Origin: an uncultured virus (IMG/VR IMGVR_UViG_3300017956_000004)
Lineage: Duplodnaviria; Heunggongvirae; Uroviricota; Caudoviricetes
Virus record (IMG/VR): IMGVR_UViG_3300017956_000004
Length of the DNA: 55,589 nt
Strand: one strand, 5' to 3'
Part shown: piece by piece, positions 38,325 through 47,776 of the stretch
Layout of the letters: every line of letters starts with the position of its first letter
How positions within the stretch are numbered: position 1 is the stretch's first letter
Notes under the pieces: generated by a model
Told to the model about the DNA's origin: nothing
The model's database searches: none
Seen by the model: only the letters and a program-made list of their open reading frames with translations
Program-made: the position numbers and the translations under genes

Positions 38325-38522
38325 TTATTGAGCTCTTTTGAACTCTTTTTTCAGAAACCACTTATTCTTTTTAAAGTACTCTGCTTCATTAGGATACTTG
38401 TTAGTATCTCCCCAAGCATCACATTCAACCAAATGATTCTGATACATTGTACCACAAAAAGCTCTAAATGCTGAATCTGGCCTTTGGAATAAATCTTCCG
38501 GGTTCAATATTGCGTCGTGCAT
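38325..38522 (-). CDS. Small hypothetical early protein
   Basis: SD TAGGAGGA before the ATG at 38522 (MHDAIL...). Confidence 0.6.
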   Translation of the reverse strand: MHDAILNPEDLFQRPDSAFRAFCGTMYQNHLVECDAWGDTNKYPNEAEYFKKNKWFLKKEFKRAQ

Positions 38523-38544
38523 GATTCCTCCTAACATTTATAAT

Positions 38545-38572
38545 AGTATAACAAATTTCTGTCGGTTGTCAA
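38545..38572 (-). promoter_or_regulatory. sigma70-type early promoter, back-to-back with late box CATAAATA (38573-38580, +)
   Basis: TTGACA-16-TATACT with TGn. Confidence 0.65.
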
Positions 38573-38585
38573 CATAAATATTGAT

Positions 38586-38954
38586 ATGAAATATAAAATA
38601 TCTGCATTGTTATCAGCAATAACTCTCATGGTGGTTGTAGTAAGTTGTGGGGATTCAGGTCCAGGCCGTACAATAGAGGGCTCACATAACTACGAAGATA
38701 AACCTTTCGAGATCACAGTTAAAGTATATCCAACTAAAATGGCATTAGAAAAGGCCGTTAGAGATATGAACACTGAAAGTATCGAAGGATTTGCCGCATG
38801 GAAAGTATTAAAAAACGATCCAGAAACCATGACAGGGTGTACATTATATCTTAAGAAGCCCAGTGGTGTTCGAGATACCAGTGAGCTAACGACGTGGGGA
38901 CACGAGCTCGCTCATTGCGTCTACGGCAGTTATCACCGCCCTGACGAACGTTAG
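38586..38954 (+). CDS. Putative lipoprotein with an HExxH motif
   Basis: Basic N-terminus plus a hydrophobic stretch ending 'VVSC'; 'WGHELAHC'. Confidence 0.6.
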   Translation: MKYKISALLSAITLMVVVVSCGDSGPGRTIEGSHNYEDKPFEITVKVYPTKMALEKAVRDMNTESIEGFAAWKVLKNDPETMTGCTLYLKKPSGVRDTSELTTWGHELAHCVYGSYHRPDER

Positions 38955-39454
38955 ATATAGTTGTGCCAACTAGGATGCTTAACAGTAAACGGTAGCGTCT
39001 TTCTGATGTTTACCAGATCGTAATAGTCAGGTCTATATGGCTTATTCTTGGGAGTAACCAGATGTGATCCTTTTTTACTATTACATGGCATACATGCCGC
39101 CACAATATTTTCCCACTCTGTCTTTCCGCCTTTGCTGATTGGTACCACATGATCCATTGTTACTGTCTTGATTGTGAGATCTTGATTACAATATTGACAT
39201 TCGAATCTGTCTCTGAGACCAACATTAAATTTGCCTAGCCTGGGACTTCTATTCTTTCTGATATAATCTTTTACCATTATGACTGCTGGTACTCTGGTTT
39301 CCCAACTGGGCGAGCTTACTACCCAATCGTCATACCAATCCAAAACGTCCACTCTCTCCATCCAGATATATTTAATTGCTTCTTGCCATCGTACTGCACT
39401 TAACGGTAAGATGCTTAAAGGACTGCCGTCCCTATTCAAAATTAATGTATCCAT
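38951..39454 (-). CDS. HNH endonuclease (McrA/HNH_5-like)
   Basis: 'RDRFECQYC', 'TMDHVVPISKGG', 'WENIVAACMPCNSKKG'. Confidence 0.88.
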   Translation of the reverse strand: MDTLILNRDGSPLSILPLSAVRWQEAIKYIWMERVDVLDWYDDWVVSSPSWETRVPAVIMVKDYIRKNRSPRLGKFNVGLRDRFECQYCNQDLTIKTVTMDHVVPISKGGKTEWENIVAACMPCNSKKGSHLVTPKNKPYRPDYYDLVNIRKTLPFTVKHPSWHNYI

Positions 39455-39456
39455 TT

Positions 39457-39852
39457 TTAAATATACTCTGTAAAACTAGTTAGGTTTCCGCCATTTAGTC
39501 TGTACCAGGCGGCATCGTTCTCATTAAAAAATGTAGCAACACGTTTCGATATATAATACGGCCATTTCATGTTTTTGTCAAGCCGTACAAATGCCTGATG
39601 TGTGGGCTTTTCTTCCACGGTATAACTATAAGAATCATAGTGCTTCTTTAACAGCGATACGCCCTGATACGTAAGTCTCAGCCCATGATGCTCGTTATTC
39701 TTATATCTATAATTCTTAAAGGTTATTTGTAGAAGATCGCGGTCAGTGTGATTGGGTGTAGGTTGATCCTGATTTAACTTTGCGAGTGTTGCTGTAAGAT
39801 CTGGCTTGATCCGTTCTAGAATTAATAACTGTAAACAGGTACCTTCATCCAC
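39457..39852 (-). CDS. Phage hypothetical protein
   Basis: GTG start 5 nt after a GATAAATA box (39858-39865, -). Confidence 0.55.
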   Translation of the reverse strand: MDEGTCLQLLILERIKPDLTATLAKLNQDQPTPNHTDRDLLQITFKNYRYKNNEHHGLRLTYQGVSLLKKHYDSYSYTVEEKPTHQAFVRLDKNMKWPYYISKRVATFFNENDAAWYRLNGGNLTSFTEYI

Positions 39853-39856
39853 ACAA

Positions 39857-40168
39857 TTATTTATCGCTGTCCACGATATCCGATTCCTGAACTACTTCGC
39901 CCGCATTTAATCTGACAACCTCAAACTTCTTAGTATCAAATAACTTGTTTAATCTTTCTGCAAGGTTAAAGGCATGGCCAGGATTTGAAAAAGAAACCTT
40001 TTTATACTTAGGGCCAGGATAACTGACTAGTATATTTAATATTCGTAGGTTGATAGGATCGCCTTCATAGAAGACGCTATAGATCGCCTCTGCTTTGAGT
40101 ACTTGTTCTGATTTGTATGTGTTTTTATTTACTGCTTCTAATAAAACAGTAGGCTTTGGTCTACTCAC
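39857..40168 (-). CDS. Phage hypothetical protein
   Basis: 'MSRPKPTVLLE...PKYKKVSFSNPGHAFNLA'; GATAAATA box at 40200-40207 (-). Confidence 0.65.
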   Translation of the reverse strand: MSRPKPTVLLEAVNKNTYKSEQVLKAEAIYSVFYEGDPINLRILNILVSYPGPKYKKVSFSNPGHAFNLAERLNKLFDTKKFEVVRLNAGEVVQESDIVDSDK

Positions 40169-40232
40169 CTGTGTAACTCCTGTGTTTTCATTATAATAGT
40201 ATTTATCTTTTTTCGGAGTTTTATCAGTGTGT

Positions 40233-40490
40233 TTAATTAAATTTTACTTGTAAAATTACCTGTATTAGATCGTGTTTATTCTCAAAAGAAACGTAGCATT
40301 GTTGTCTTTCATACCAGTTATCGCGAGCGTAATCCATATCAGAATTTGGTATAAAATGCCAACCCCATTTGCCTGTAACAATCGATTGTATTTGAGCTAT
40401 ACAACTAGCAGGTAATCCGTATGCATTTATACCATAACTGTGGGCAAACCGTTTGTTGTAGCCACAGTTTTCGGGAACCGTCCAATCCAC
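40233..40490 (-). CDS. Hypothetical protein
   Basis: 85-aa ORF abutting the upstream gene. Confidence 0.45.
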   Translation of the reverse strand: MDWTVPENCGYNKRFAHSYGINAYGLPASCIAQIQSIVTGKWGWHFIPNSDMDYARDNWYERQQCYVSFENKHDLIQVILQVKFN

Positions 40491-40997
40491 TTACTGATTA
40501 TTGAGCTTTTTCATCTGCTGACGTGCTTCTAATTCAGAACGATATGGACCTGTGAATCCATATTTTGTTAACGTGCTGTATTTAGGACCACGAGCATGTT
40601 TCCAGCCCTTGTCAAAATTAATGCAGTAGTAACCTGCTGCATAATAGATTTTGCTACCTTCAATTTTAGTATATAGTGGAACATCAGGATTGTAGTCTGG
40701 ATCGTTCTCATCAACCGCAAATGGCTCTTCATAATCCACTTCATATCCTTTGATGTAATAGGTACTTGGCTTTTGAATACTTTCTGTTATCTGCTCTTCA
40801 AATAACTTAACGTTACCAAAGTGCTCACAAACTGAGTCTTCGCCTTTAAATTTTACTAGCTCTTTGCCAGTAACATAAAAATAAGTTTCCTGAACATCTT
40901 TGTTTAAGATACCCAATTTATCTGGACCACGATGTACAAGCCATGCAACGTCAGAAATTTGTTGCAGCATTGCTTTATTAATATCATTCTTCGTCAT
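40491..40997 (-). CDS. Phage hypothetical protein
   Basis: 'PLYTK...YYAAGYY...PK..TL..Y...GPY'. Confidence 0.6.
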   Translation of the reverse strand: MTKNDINKAMLQQISDVAWLVHRGPDKLGILNKDVQETYFYVTGKELVKFKGEDSVCEHFGNVKLFEEQITESIQKPSTYYIKGYEVDYEEPFAVDENDPDYNPDVPLYTKIEGSKIYYAAGYYCINFDKGWKHARGPKYSTLTKYGFTGPYRSELEARQQMKKLNNQ

Positions 40998-41262
40998 AGT
41001 CTCTCCTGTGTGTACGTGTATACATTGGTTCGCGTTCTTTATTTATCCATGGTGGAACAGGCATTTTTGGATCACCCATAACTGGACGTCTAAACACTGT
41101 GTTGTCAACTCGTTCATAAATCCAGCAGTATTCTACTGGACCATTTTCCAATATCCACATTGCCTTTTCGGTGTCAGTCCAATCGTTATCGTCTTTCTTT
41201 TCCCTGAACTTATCGTCTAGTTCATGCCAATCTGAGTAGTCGTCGTTGTGTTTAAATTTCAT
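40984..41262 (-). CDS. Hypothetical protein
   Basis: 92 aa, overlapping its neighbours. Confidence 0.5.
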   Translation of the reverse strand: MKFKHNDDYSDWHELDDKFREKKDDNDWTDTEKAMWILENGPVEYCWIYERVDNTVFRRPVMGDPKMPVPPWINKEREPMYTRTHRRDYDEE

Positions 41263-41486
41263 AATTTAACTATTAGTGCTACCAATATTGCTATTAGCAG
41301 TATGTTTGTCATAAAAATTTCTATTGCTAGAATTGTGTGATACCATATCCATCTTGTTTTGTAAGCATTAGCGATAGTAACTTCTTCAGGATCTGTATCA
41401 TCCTCCATCATATCAATTACTATCTTCTTTTCTTCTTTTTCTTTTATTAAATCCTCAGTTCCGAATAATTTCTTTAACCATACCAT
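41259..41486 (-). CDS. Small membrane protein
   Basis: C-terminal hydrophobic helix. Confidence 0.5.
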   Translation of the reverse strand: MVWLKKLFGTEDLIKEKEEKKIVIDMMEDDTDPEEVTIANAYKTRWIWYHTILAIEIFMTNILLIAILVALIVKL

Positions 41487-42493
41487 TATACCATTTCCAT
41501 TGTATTTTCCGTTATACCGGCATTTAAAATTGTACCCATTTCGTTTGCCTGGTCAGCCAGTCTGTTTAATCCATGTTTACCAGCAAACTTCATGAAGTGG
41601 ATACCAACATTACTGATGTGTGGCTTCTGTACCGCTTCTAAAATAGTCTCAATACATACTCGCTTGATATCATCAGGCTGTGCTGTAAGATCAATCAGTG
41701 TACGATTACGTTCATAATCTTCTCTTACTACATGCTCTACTTCATCATGGTCCACCCAACGTTGTAGCATAAAGTTATTGTAGTTGAAACCGCCACGTTT
41801 TCTGTCTTCAAATGCTTCTGCAATACCAACTTTGTTCTTGGTACCTTTCTTTCTGGCACCAGGGTATGCACTAAACACATTGTCAGATGAATCACCACGT
41901 ATACATTTCTCAAACAATACAAATTCAGGATCGCCCAGTGTCTTAGGCTTGCCTGTCTTTTTATCTATAACAGGATTACCCTTCTTGTCAAACACACCTT
42001 CTAAAGTGATAGTTTGATCTTGTACACCGTTATATTGCTTTACGTTGGGTGCCATCAACTGATAAAAATCACTATCAGTGCTCAGGATAATGTGCTGATC
42101 ATTTGGATGTGATTGTATCCACATAGCAATCAAATCATCTGCTTCTGCATTACCACACTTGATAACACTACAGTTAGTCTTATCGTTGAAGAAGTTCAGC
42201 ATATCTTCATATGCTTCAAAGAAGATTTCATCATCTTCTATTTCTCGTGGTGTTCTTTTATCAGCAATCACTTTGCGGTTTGCTTTGTAAGGAGCATAAA
42301 AGTCTTTACGCCAACTTCTACCCTCTAAACAAAATACCACATGATCTGCATCAAAGTCATTCCATGCCTTTTTAATACTATTAAACATGATGTGCATAGC
42401 CATGCCCACACGCATGTTAATGTCTTTTCCACCGCCTACATGTTTAGCACGGAAGAACAAGTTCATTGTATCTACTAGCAAATAAGAAGCCAT
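41486..42493 (-). CDS. rnh: T4 RNase H-like 5'-3' exonuclease/flap nuclease
   Basis: 'LLVD', 'WRK..Y.PYKANR', 'EADD', 'STDSDF.QL', 'GDSSDN'. Confidence 0.88.
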   Translation of the reverse strand: MASYLLVDTMNLFFRAKHVGGGKDINMRVGMAMHIMFNSIKKAWNDFDADHVVFCLEGRSWRKDFYAPYKANRKVIADKRTPREIEDDEIFFEAYEDMLNFFNDKTNCSVIKCGNAEADDLIAMWIQSHPNDQHIILSTDSDFYQLMAPNVKQYNGVQDQTITLEGVFDKKGNPVIDKKTGKPKTLGDPEFVLFEKCIRGDSSDNVFSAYPGARKKGTKNKVGIAEAFEDRKRGGFNYNNFMLQRWVDHDEVEHVVREDYERNRTLIDLTAQPDDIKRVCIETILEAVQKPHISNVGIHFMKFAGKHGLNRLADQANEMGTILNAGITENTMEMV

Positions 42494-42494
42494 A

Positions 42495-42800
42495 TTACTT
42501 TCCAAATGTTACAAACATTGCCTGGTATCCTGATGTAGGGCTAACAGAAACTTTTTCTCCTTTTAGCATAATACAATCACCTGACATTGTTTGCTGTACT
42601 TTATCCTCTGTTCTAATCTCTAGAACACCATTCACAACATAAATGCACATCTCTTTAGCATCGATGTCCACTTTTGTATTGTTCTGTATAGTATAACTTT
42701 TAATTGGCAGGTTGTCAAGTACAGAGTTCTGTGATATATTAACTCCATCCTTGTTTAAAATCTGCTTGTCACCTAGTTCGTATAAATTAAATTTAATCAT
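42495..42800 (-). CDS. Cupin-like hypothetical protein
   Basis: 'IYVVNGVL....SGD' beta-barrel-like pattern. Confidence 0.45.
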   Translation of the reverse strand: MIKFNLYELGDKQILNKDGVNISQNSVLDNLPIKSYTIQNNTKVDIDAKEMCIYVVNGVLEIRTEDKVQQTMSGDCIMLKGEKVSVSPTSGYQAMFVTFGK

Positions 42801-43030
42801 TTCATATCATCCAATAAGTCGTCAAATGGAGAGCTATAGTCTGATTGTTTCTTTTCCAAATCAGCCTGTAAGTCTATTTTAAGATATTTGCTAAAATTAG
42901 ACAAAAGATACCTAGCCATTTCTGGTGTTATATTATCCTGGATATGTTTGTCTATTACAGGTTGTACTGAGTGAAGTAAATTACTCAGTGCCTGCAGACT
43001 GTCCTGGTGTATCTTGTCTCTTGACGACAT
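42797..43030 (-). CDS. Hypothetical protein
   Basis: Likely start MSSRDK after a GGGAG-type SD. Confidence 0.45.
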   Translation of the reverse strand: MSSRDKIHQDSLQALSNLLHSVQPVIDKHIQDNITPEMARYLLSNFSKYLKIDLQADLEKKQSDYSSPFDDLLDDMK

Positions 43031-43430
43031 CTGTTCTCTCCCCTTGCAAACCATAATCTAAGTCTGCCCCTTCTTGCACTAATACAGTTCTGCATACTGC
43101 ATTAAACCATTTGTTAACCACGTCTTCATCGCTAGCACCAGTGATACCAGCACTCTGCAACATCTTAACAAACTCTTCGTTCCAATCTAACTCAAAGTAA
43201 CCTTGTGTAACGTTTTCAGGATCTACACCCATGTTTAACACTGACACCCAGGGTTCTTTATTAGCATTTGCTTCTTTTTTGTTATATTTGTTGTTGATCT
43301 TTTCCTGTTCCAGTTTAAGATCATCACCATCAAACTCGTATTCTGCCTGTGCTAAATCGTAATCACGGCCTTTTTTGCCCCAACTAGTTGGGTGCATTCT
43401 AAAAGGCACTGTTCTTTTAATCTTGCTCAT
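42981..43430 (-). CDS. Phage hypothetical protein
   Basis: 'EPWVSVL...GYFELDWNEEFV..L...G..G..DEDVV..WF'. Confidence 0.6.
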   Translation of the reverse strand: MSKIKRTVPFRMHPTSWGKKGRDYDLAQAEYEFDGDDLKLEQEKINNKYNKKEANANKEPWVSVLNMGVDPENVTQGYFELDWNEEFVKMLQSAGITGASDEDVVNKWFNAVCRTVLVQEGADLDYGLQGERTDVVKRQDTPGQSAGTE

Positions 43431-43860
43431 CTTTCTTCTCTCTTAATAAAACTTTTTCTAGACTTAGTTTGTCCTTTAAACTTAGTATATATGCACTAAC
43501 TGCCAACACAAAAATACCAGCACTCTCATATACAATAGCAACAGGATCTGTGCCTTTTGTTGTGAGCACAATCATTCTGGTTAATGCTGTGATAGCAATA
43601 ATAATTGGCAATGTGACAGGGATCCTGTGATCCTTGTAGAAAGCACCAACCATACCCAGTATCTCAGCATAAATGAACAGCAGGAATAAATCTGCTAATG
43701 CCATTTTGCCCTGTGTGCTAAACATGCCCACAATGTCAAAGCCTGCGGCCCACACTGTGCCTGCTACAATAAACAACAGCAGTGCTTTTTCGACATGTAA
43801 TATACAACGGTGTACAAACTTCTTTAGTCCTTTTCCGTTTAACACTTCTAGTATCCTCAT
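43417..43860 (-). CDS. psiE: Phosphate-starvation-inducible PsiE-family membrane protein
   Basis: Four TM helices; 'LADLFLLFIYAE...M...FY...RIPV..PI.IAITAL.R'. Confidence 0.75.
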   Translation of the reverse strand: MRILEVLNGKGLKKFVHRCILHVEKALLLFIVAGTVWAAGFDIVGMFSTQGKMALADLFLLFIYAEILGMVGAFYKDHRIPVTLPIIIAITALTRMIVLTTKGTDPVAIVYESAGIFVLAVSAYILSLKDKLSLEKVLLREKKDEQD

Positions 43861-44744
43861 TTTCCTATTGCGTTTCCATATATGTGTGCATGCACTCTAC
43901 TAGTATAATAATATCCACGTTTGATTGCTTCATCACATATCATTGCTTCTGTCATTTTAAGACCTTCCACTGTACCACCAACACCCATTATCCAAACAGG
44001 CCATTCTACTCCAGCATCACGAAATGCTGTTACGTGTTGTGCAACTTCGTCCCAACTCTCTTCTGAACCATTTACCACAAACTTTAGTTGTCCATGGTTA
44101 CTAATCTTTGCATATTGTGCCACATACTCAGGCTTGATTGCTTTCTTGTTTTGTTCTCCAGCAGTTGTCCACAGTTTAGGACTAACACTCCAATACCATT
44201 CATTACTGCTGTCAAAACTGTACCAACCCAGGAAGTCTTTGAGCTCTTCAGAAATTTCTTTTGTGCCATTTGTTTCCACTGTTACTCTACTAGGCATGTT
44301 ACCTCTGCGTTCAAACTCTCGCATAATTGCTACCAGATGAGGTTGTGTGGGTTTAAGCAGTGGCTCACCGCCTGTAAAACACATATCAATGTTTTGTCCT
44401 GTAGCACTGTGTACAAATGTACCTGTGGGTAATTTACTTGTGAGTTCATCAACTGTTTCTTCTACAGTTCTGTCTGTAATCAAGTGCTTGTATTTTTTAC
44501 TCCAGGTGTATGAACTATCACAACCTTTTGCAAATACAGGCAAATCCATTACATCAGTGATGTCGCTGATATCGATAGTTTCGTACGGTAAATCATATGT
44601 CTCTGGATTTGTGGGATCTTCCTGACCAAATCCATTACATTGCAAGTTGCACAAGAAAAACCTAATCCACAGACTAGGTATTCCCACATATTTGCCTTCA
44701 CCTTGTGGGCTATAAAATGTTTCACTGTACTTTATATCGTTCAT
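43857..44744 (-). CDS. queE: 7-carboxy-7-deazaguanine synthase (radical SAM)
   Basis: 'SETFYSPQGEGKYVG', 'CNLQC...CDS' with an insertion, 'TGGEP', 'VETNG', 'SVSPK', 'RVHAHI'. Confidence 0.88.
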   Translation of the reverse strand: MNDIKYSETFYSPQGEGKYVGIPSLWIRFFLCNLQCNGFGQEDPTNPETYDLPYETIDISDITDVMDLPVFAKGCDSSYTWSKKYKHLITDRTVEETVDELTSKLPTGTFVHSATGQNIDMCFTGGEPLLKPTQPHLVAIMREFERRGNMPSRVTVETNGTKEISEELKDFLGWYSFDSSNEWYWSVSPKLWTTAGEQNKKAIKPEYVAQYAKISNHGQLKFVVNGSEESWDEVAQHVTAFRDAGVEWPVWIMGVGGTVEGLKMTEAMICDEAIKRGYYYTSRVHAHIYGNAIGK

Positions 44745-45247
44745 TTACCTTCCCAAGATACCAACAACTTCTGTGCTTTTTCACTGGATACATGACCGTA
44801 AACTTGTTCAAAGCTCTGAAATATCATTCCATGTAAACTGCTGACTTCTTCAAAGTTTCTGTTTCCATCTATTACGTCTTTTAGGCAATCCATAAATATC
44901 TGCTCTAAACCAAATGAATATAAGTCTCTAAAGGTCTGACATTCTGGAGAAAATACTCTGCCGTATCCAATTACACTGAGATAAACCCAGTCGCTGACAG
45001 CAGTGGTATTTAAATCTACATTTCCTTCAACATCTTCCCACTCAAACTTAACAAAATCTTTATCTGATATTTCGTTAATGTCAGTAAATGTATCTATGCA
45101 TTCAAATAATTCTGTTTCATTTACCTGGAATCTTTGTATAATCTCTTCTACAGTATTATACCTACTAACTGCTTCGCAAACATCTTTAACAGCAACACAG
45201 GTACGATCAACTACTAATGAATTATTACGTCCTCTGGTGCTTATCAT
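44741..45247 (-). CDS. Hypothetical protein with a DUF433-like N-terminus
   Basis: Weak resemblance only: 'RT.VAV.DV.....TVEEI...F'. Confidence 0.4.
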   Translation of the reverse strand: MISTRGRNNSLVVDRTCVAVKDVCEAVSRYNTVEEIIQRFQVNETELFECIDTFTDINEISDKDFVKFEWEDVEGNVDLNTTAVSDWVYLSVIGYGRVFSPECQTFRDLYSFGLEQIFMDCLKDVIDGNRNFEEVSSLHGMIFQSFEQVYGHVSSEKAQKLLVSWEGK

Positions 45248-45933
45248 CTAGGAGCAAACTCCTGTTGTAGTTTAATGTTATCAAAGAACTCCTTCTTTGT
45301 GCCAGTGTCAGTAAAGAATTGACCTTTTAAAACTGTGGTCTGTGTTAAACTACTGTGAGCCATGATGCCTCTGTTTTCACAACAACCATGTGTTGCCTGA
45401 ATGTAAACACCAACGTTATCACTGCCTGTTGCACTCATAATTTCGCGGGCGATGTCGTTAGCAAGTTCTTCTTGTAGTGTACCACGTCTAGCACACCATT
45501 GTGCAATTCTTGTGTATTTGCTCAATCCAATTAGTGTATCGGCAGCAATAATACCAATATATGCTACACCACTAACAGGCTGATGATGATGCGAACACAT
45601 ACTTTTTAGTTCACTACGTACAACCAACATTCCCTCATAGCCATCTTCAACATGATTGGGAAAAGCGGTTGCATTAGGCTTGGGCAAGTATCTGCCGCTC
45701 ATAATTTCGTTTACATACATTTTAGCAAGACGTCTGCCTGTGTCCTGGCTATTAGGATCTGAATTTCTATCAATGATAAGACTATCTAGTACACCTTCAA
45801 ACTTAATTGTAAGTTCTGCAATCAGTGCTTCTGCATCACCTGGCTCCAGGTATTCACTGATGTTATCACCAGCCCAATATCTGCCTCCAGCGTCTTTAAT
45901 TCTTTTAGTAATGATGTCTGATATATTATTCAT
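45244..45933 (-). CDS. folE: GTP cyclohydrolase I
   Basis: 'SMCSHH', 'GLSKY.R', 'LQE', 'ATHGC...RG'. Confidence 0.93.
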   Translation of the reverse strand: MNNISDIITKRIKDAGGRYWAGDNISEYLEPGDAEALIAELTIKFEGVLDSLIIDRNSDPNSQDTGRRLAKMYVNEIMSGRYLPKPNATAFPNHVEDGYEGMLVVRSELKSMCSHHHQPVSGVAYIGIIAADTLIGLSKYTRIAQWCARRGTLQEELANDIAREIMSATGSDNVGVYIQATHGCCENRGIMAHSSLTQTTVLKGQFFTDTGTKKEFFDNIKLQQEFAPR

Positions 45934-46145
45934 TTTTCCTCCATTATAATACCGTTTTCCCAGTTCTCTGCGACGTCTTCTGCATAGTGTTTGTTCTTAC
46001 CTGGCAATGCTCTGCTCTCAATCAATTTGCCATCCTGATACATATCTACTACAAAGCAAGCATCTGGGCCAGCATGCCCATTCGCATGATACTGTACAAA
46101 CTTTATTATACTACTTCTGTTATTGTTTGTCAAGGTTGCCTCCAC
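45930..46145 (-). CDS. Hypothetical protein
   Basis: 'KNKHYAEDVAENW' small phage-type protein. Confidence 0.5.
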   Translation of the reverse strand: MEATLTNNNRSSIIKFVQYHANGHAGPDACFVVDMYQDGKLIESRALPGKNKHYAEDVAENWENGIIMEEK

Positions 46146-46323
46146 CTGATAGTTTCCTTTTATTGTATGCGATTTCGTCTTTAAGGCGCAACTTCTCTCG
46201 TTTCATTTCTTCAACGATGTCGTCCCTTTCAAATTTTTTGTATGCCTGTTCGATGTCTTTGTGCAACATCTGATGCTTTTCTTCTAAAGCATTGATATGA
46301 TTTAAAATCTTTTGCTCATTCAT
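46120..46323 (-). CDS. YdcH/DUF465-like small coiled-coil protein
   Basis: 'LEEKH..L..DI......MKREKLRLKDEI'; ATGA overlap with the PRTase stop. Confidence 0.7.
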   Translation of the reverse strand: MNEQKILNHINALEEKHQMLHKDIEQAYKKFERDDIVEEMKREKLRLKDEIAYNKRKLSGGGNLDKQ

Positions 46324-46796
46324 TTTTTCCACCAGTTTTCCCAAGGAAATACAAACCATTGATCTTCCTCGAGTCTACTGATAGTTCTTGCACTGTATGC
46401 GACTTCAAAATCCTCATCTGTATTCTCTATCGCAACTGCGTAGTCTACTACTGCAAAACAAGTGTTAGAAGTTACAACTTCGTGTATTTGCCTTAATGTT
46501 TCTCCTGAATCTAAAATGTCGTCCACAATCAAAATATCCTTATGATCGTATTTAGATAAAAGAGTTCTTAATTTTTCCATTTCTTTGATCGCACCATCCC
46601 TGGTCTGCCATACTAGTGGCTCTAATGGTACATCATTAAAGTAGTTGCTGAATTTAACACCCATGTCTAAACCGCCGCGGCTGAGTGCTATGATAAGATC
46701 TGGCCTATATCTTTTATTGGCCATTTGCTGAATTATGTCTGCATAATAACTGTCCATATGACAGTGACTTAGGTACTCGTATTTAGGAGTAGCCAT
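46320..46796 (-). CDS. Type I phosphoribosyltransferase (xanthine/guanine PRT-like)
   Basis: 'LSRGG', PRPP loop 'LIVDDILDSGET', C-terminal 'WFVFPWE'. Confidence 0.85.
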   Translation of the reverse strand: MATPKYEYLSHCHMDSYYADIIQQMANKRYRPDLIIALSRGGLDMGVKFSNYFNDVPLEPLVWQTRDGAIKEMEKLRTLLSKYDHKDILIVDDILDSGETLRQIHEVVTSNTCFAVVDYAVAIENTDEDFEVAYSARTISRLEEDQWFVFPWENWWKK

Positions 46797-47776
46797 TACT
46801 TCCTCCTCTTTGACTTAGTCTCCCATGCCCAGGCATGTTCTATAATATCAGTTAGGGAATACTGCGGTTGCCAGCCAAATGTTTCTTTGGCTAATGCTGT
46901 GTCACTAAAGTTTCTTTCTGCATCACCTGGACGTCTGTCTACGATATCGTAGTTCACTGTTTCTCCTGTGACCTTTTCAAACTCTTTAATTACTTCCAAC
47001 ACAGTAGAAGGATTACCACTGCCTATGTTAAAGTATCCACTCTCTGAGCTTTCGTCTGTTAAATAGTTCATTGCAATAATATGTGCTAGTGCAATATCAC
47101 TAACGTGAGTATAATCTCTGGAGCCAGTGCCGTCAGCAGTATCGTAATCGCCACCGTAAACAGTGACAGTCTCACCGGCAGAAACTTTTTTACAAATACT
47201 TGGAATCAGATGCGTTGCAGGATCTTGAGTATATCCATGACTGTTATCTGGTAGTGCACCAGCGGCATTAAAGTATCTGAGGGAGGCAAACTTAATACCA
47301 TAAGCCATTTCATAATCAGGCAAAATGTCTTCAATAATGCTTTTGCTTAAACCATATGGACTAACTGGATTTTTTAGAGCAGTCTCTGGTGTAGGAAACT
47401 GGTCAGTTTCTCCATACACTGAGCTACTACTGCTAAAGATAAAATGTTTTACTCCAGCATCAACAGCATGATTAAGCAGGCTAATTGTGTTAGCAACATT
47501 GTTAGCATAGTATACACCAGGCTCTTTCATGCTACGACCCACTTCATGTTCAGCCGCCAAATGTATAATAGTTTCTGGCTTTACAAGGTTAATTAATCCT
47601 GCAACCTGATGGTTATCAATGCTAAAAGGATACTGGGTAACGCCAGCCTGTTCCTTCTTTTTGGGATCAATGTTTATCACATTGTGCCCTGCATCAGCCA
47701 AAATTCTACATACAGCAGATCCAATAAATCCACTACCACCAGTAACTAGTACTGTTTTACTTTCCATATCATTCAT
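46796..47776 (-). CDS. galE: UDP-glucose 4-epimerase
   Basis: 'TGGSGFIG', 'FSSSSSVYG', YxxxK 'YGLSK', 'LRYFNAAGA', 'RDYTHV', 'RRPGD'. Confidence 0.88.
   Translation of the reverse strand: MNDMESKTVLVTGGSGFIGSAVCRILADAGHNVINIDPKKKEQAGVTQYPFSIDNHQVAGLINLVKPETIIHLAAEHEVGRSMKEPGVYYANNVANTISLLNHAVDAGVKHFIFSSSSSVYGETDQFPTPETALKNPVSPYGLSKSIIEDILPDYEMAYGIKFASLRYFNAAGALPDNSHGYTQDPATHLIPSICKKVSAGETVTVYGGDYDTADGTGSRDYTHVSDIALAHIIAMNYLTDESSESGYFNIGSGNPSTVLEVIKEFEKVTGETVNYDIVDRRPGDAERNFSDTALAKETFGWQPQYSLTDIIEHAWAWETKSKRRK

Noticed and set aside
38211..38474. 87-aa ORF on the + strand
   Set aside because: Antisense to the tRNA-Trp and the 38325-38522 gene.
38951..39454. Intron-encoded or homing HNH element
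   Set aside because: It is a free-standing McrA-like HNH with no interrupted host gene or intron structure visible.
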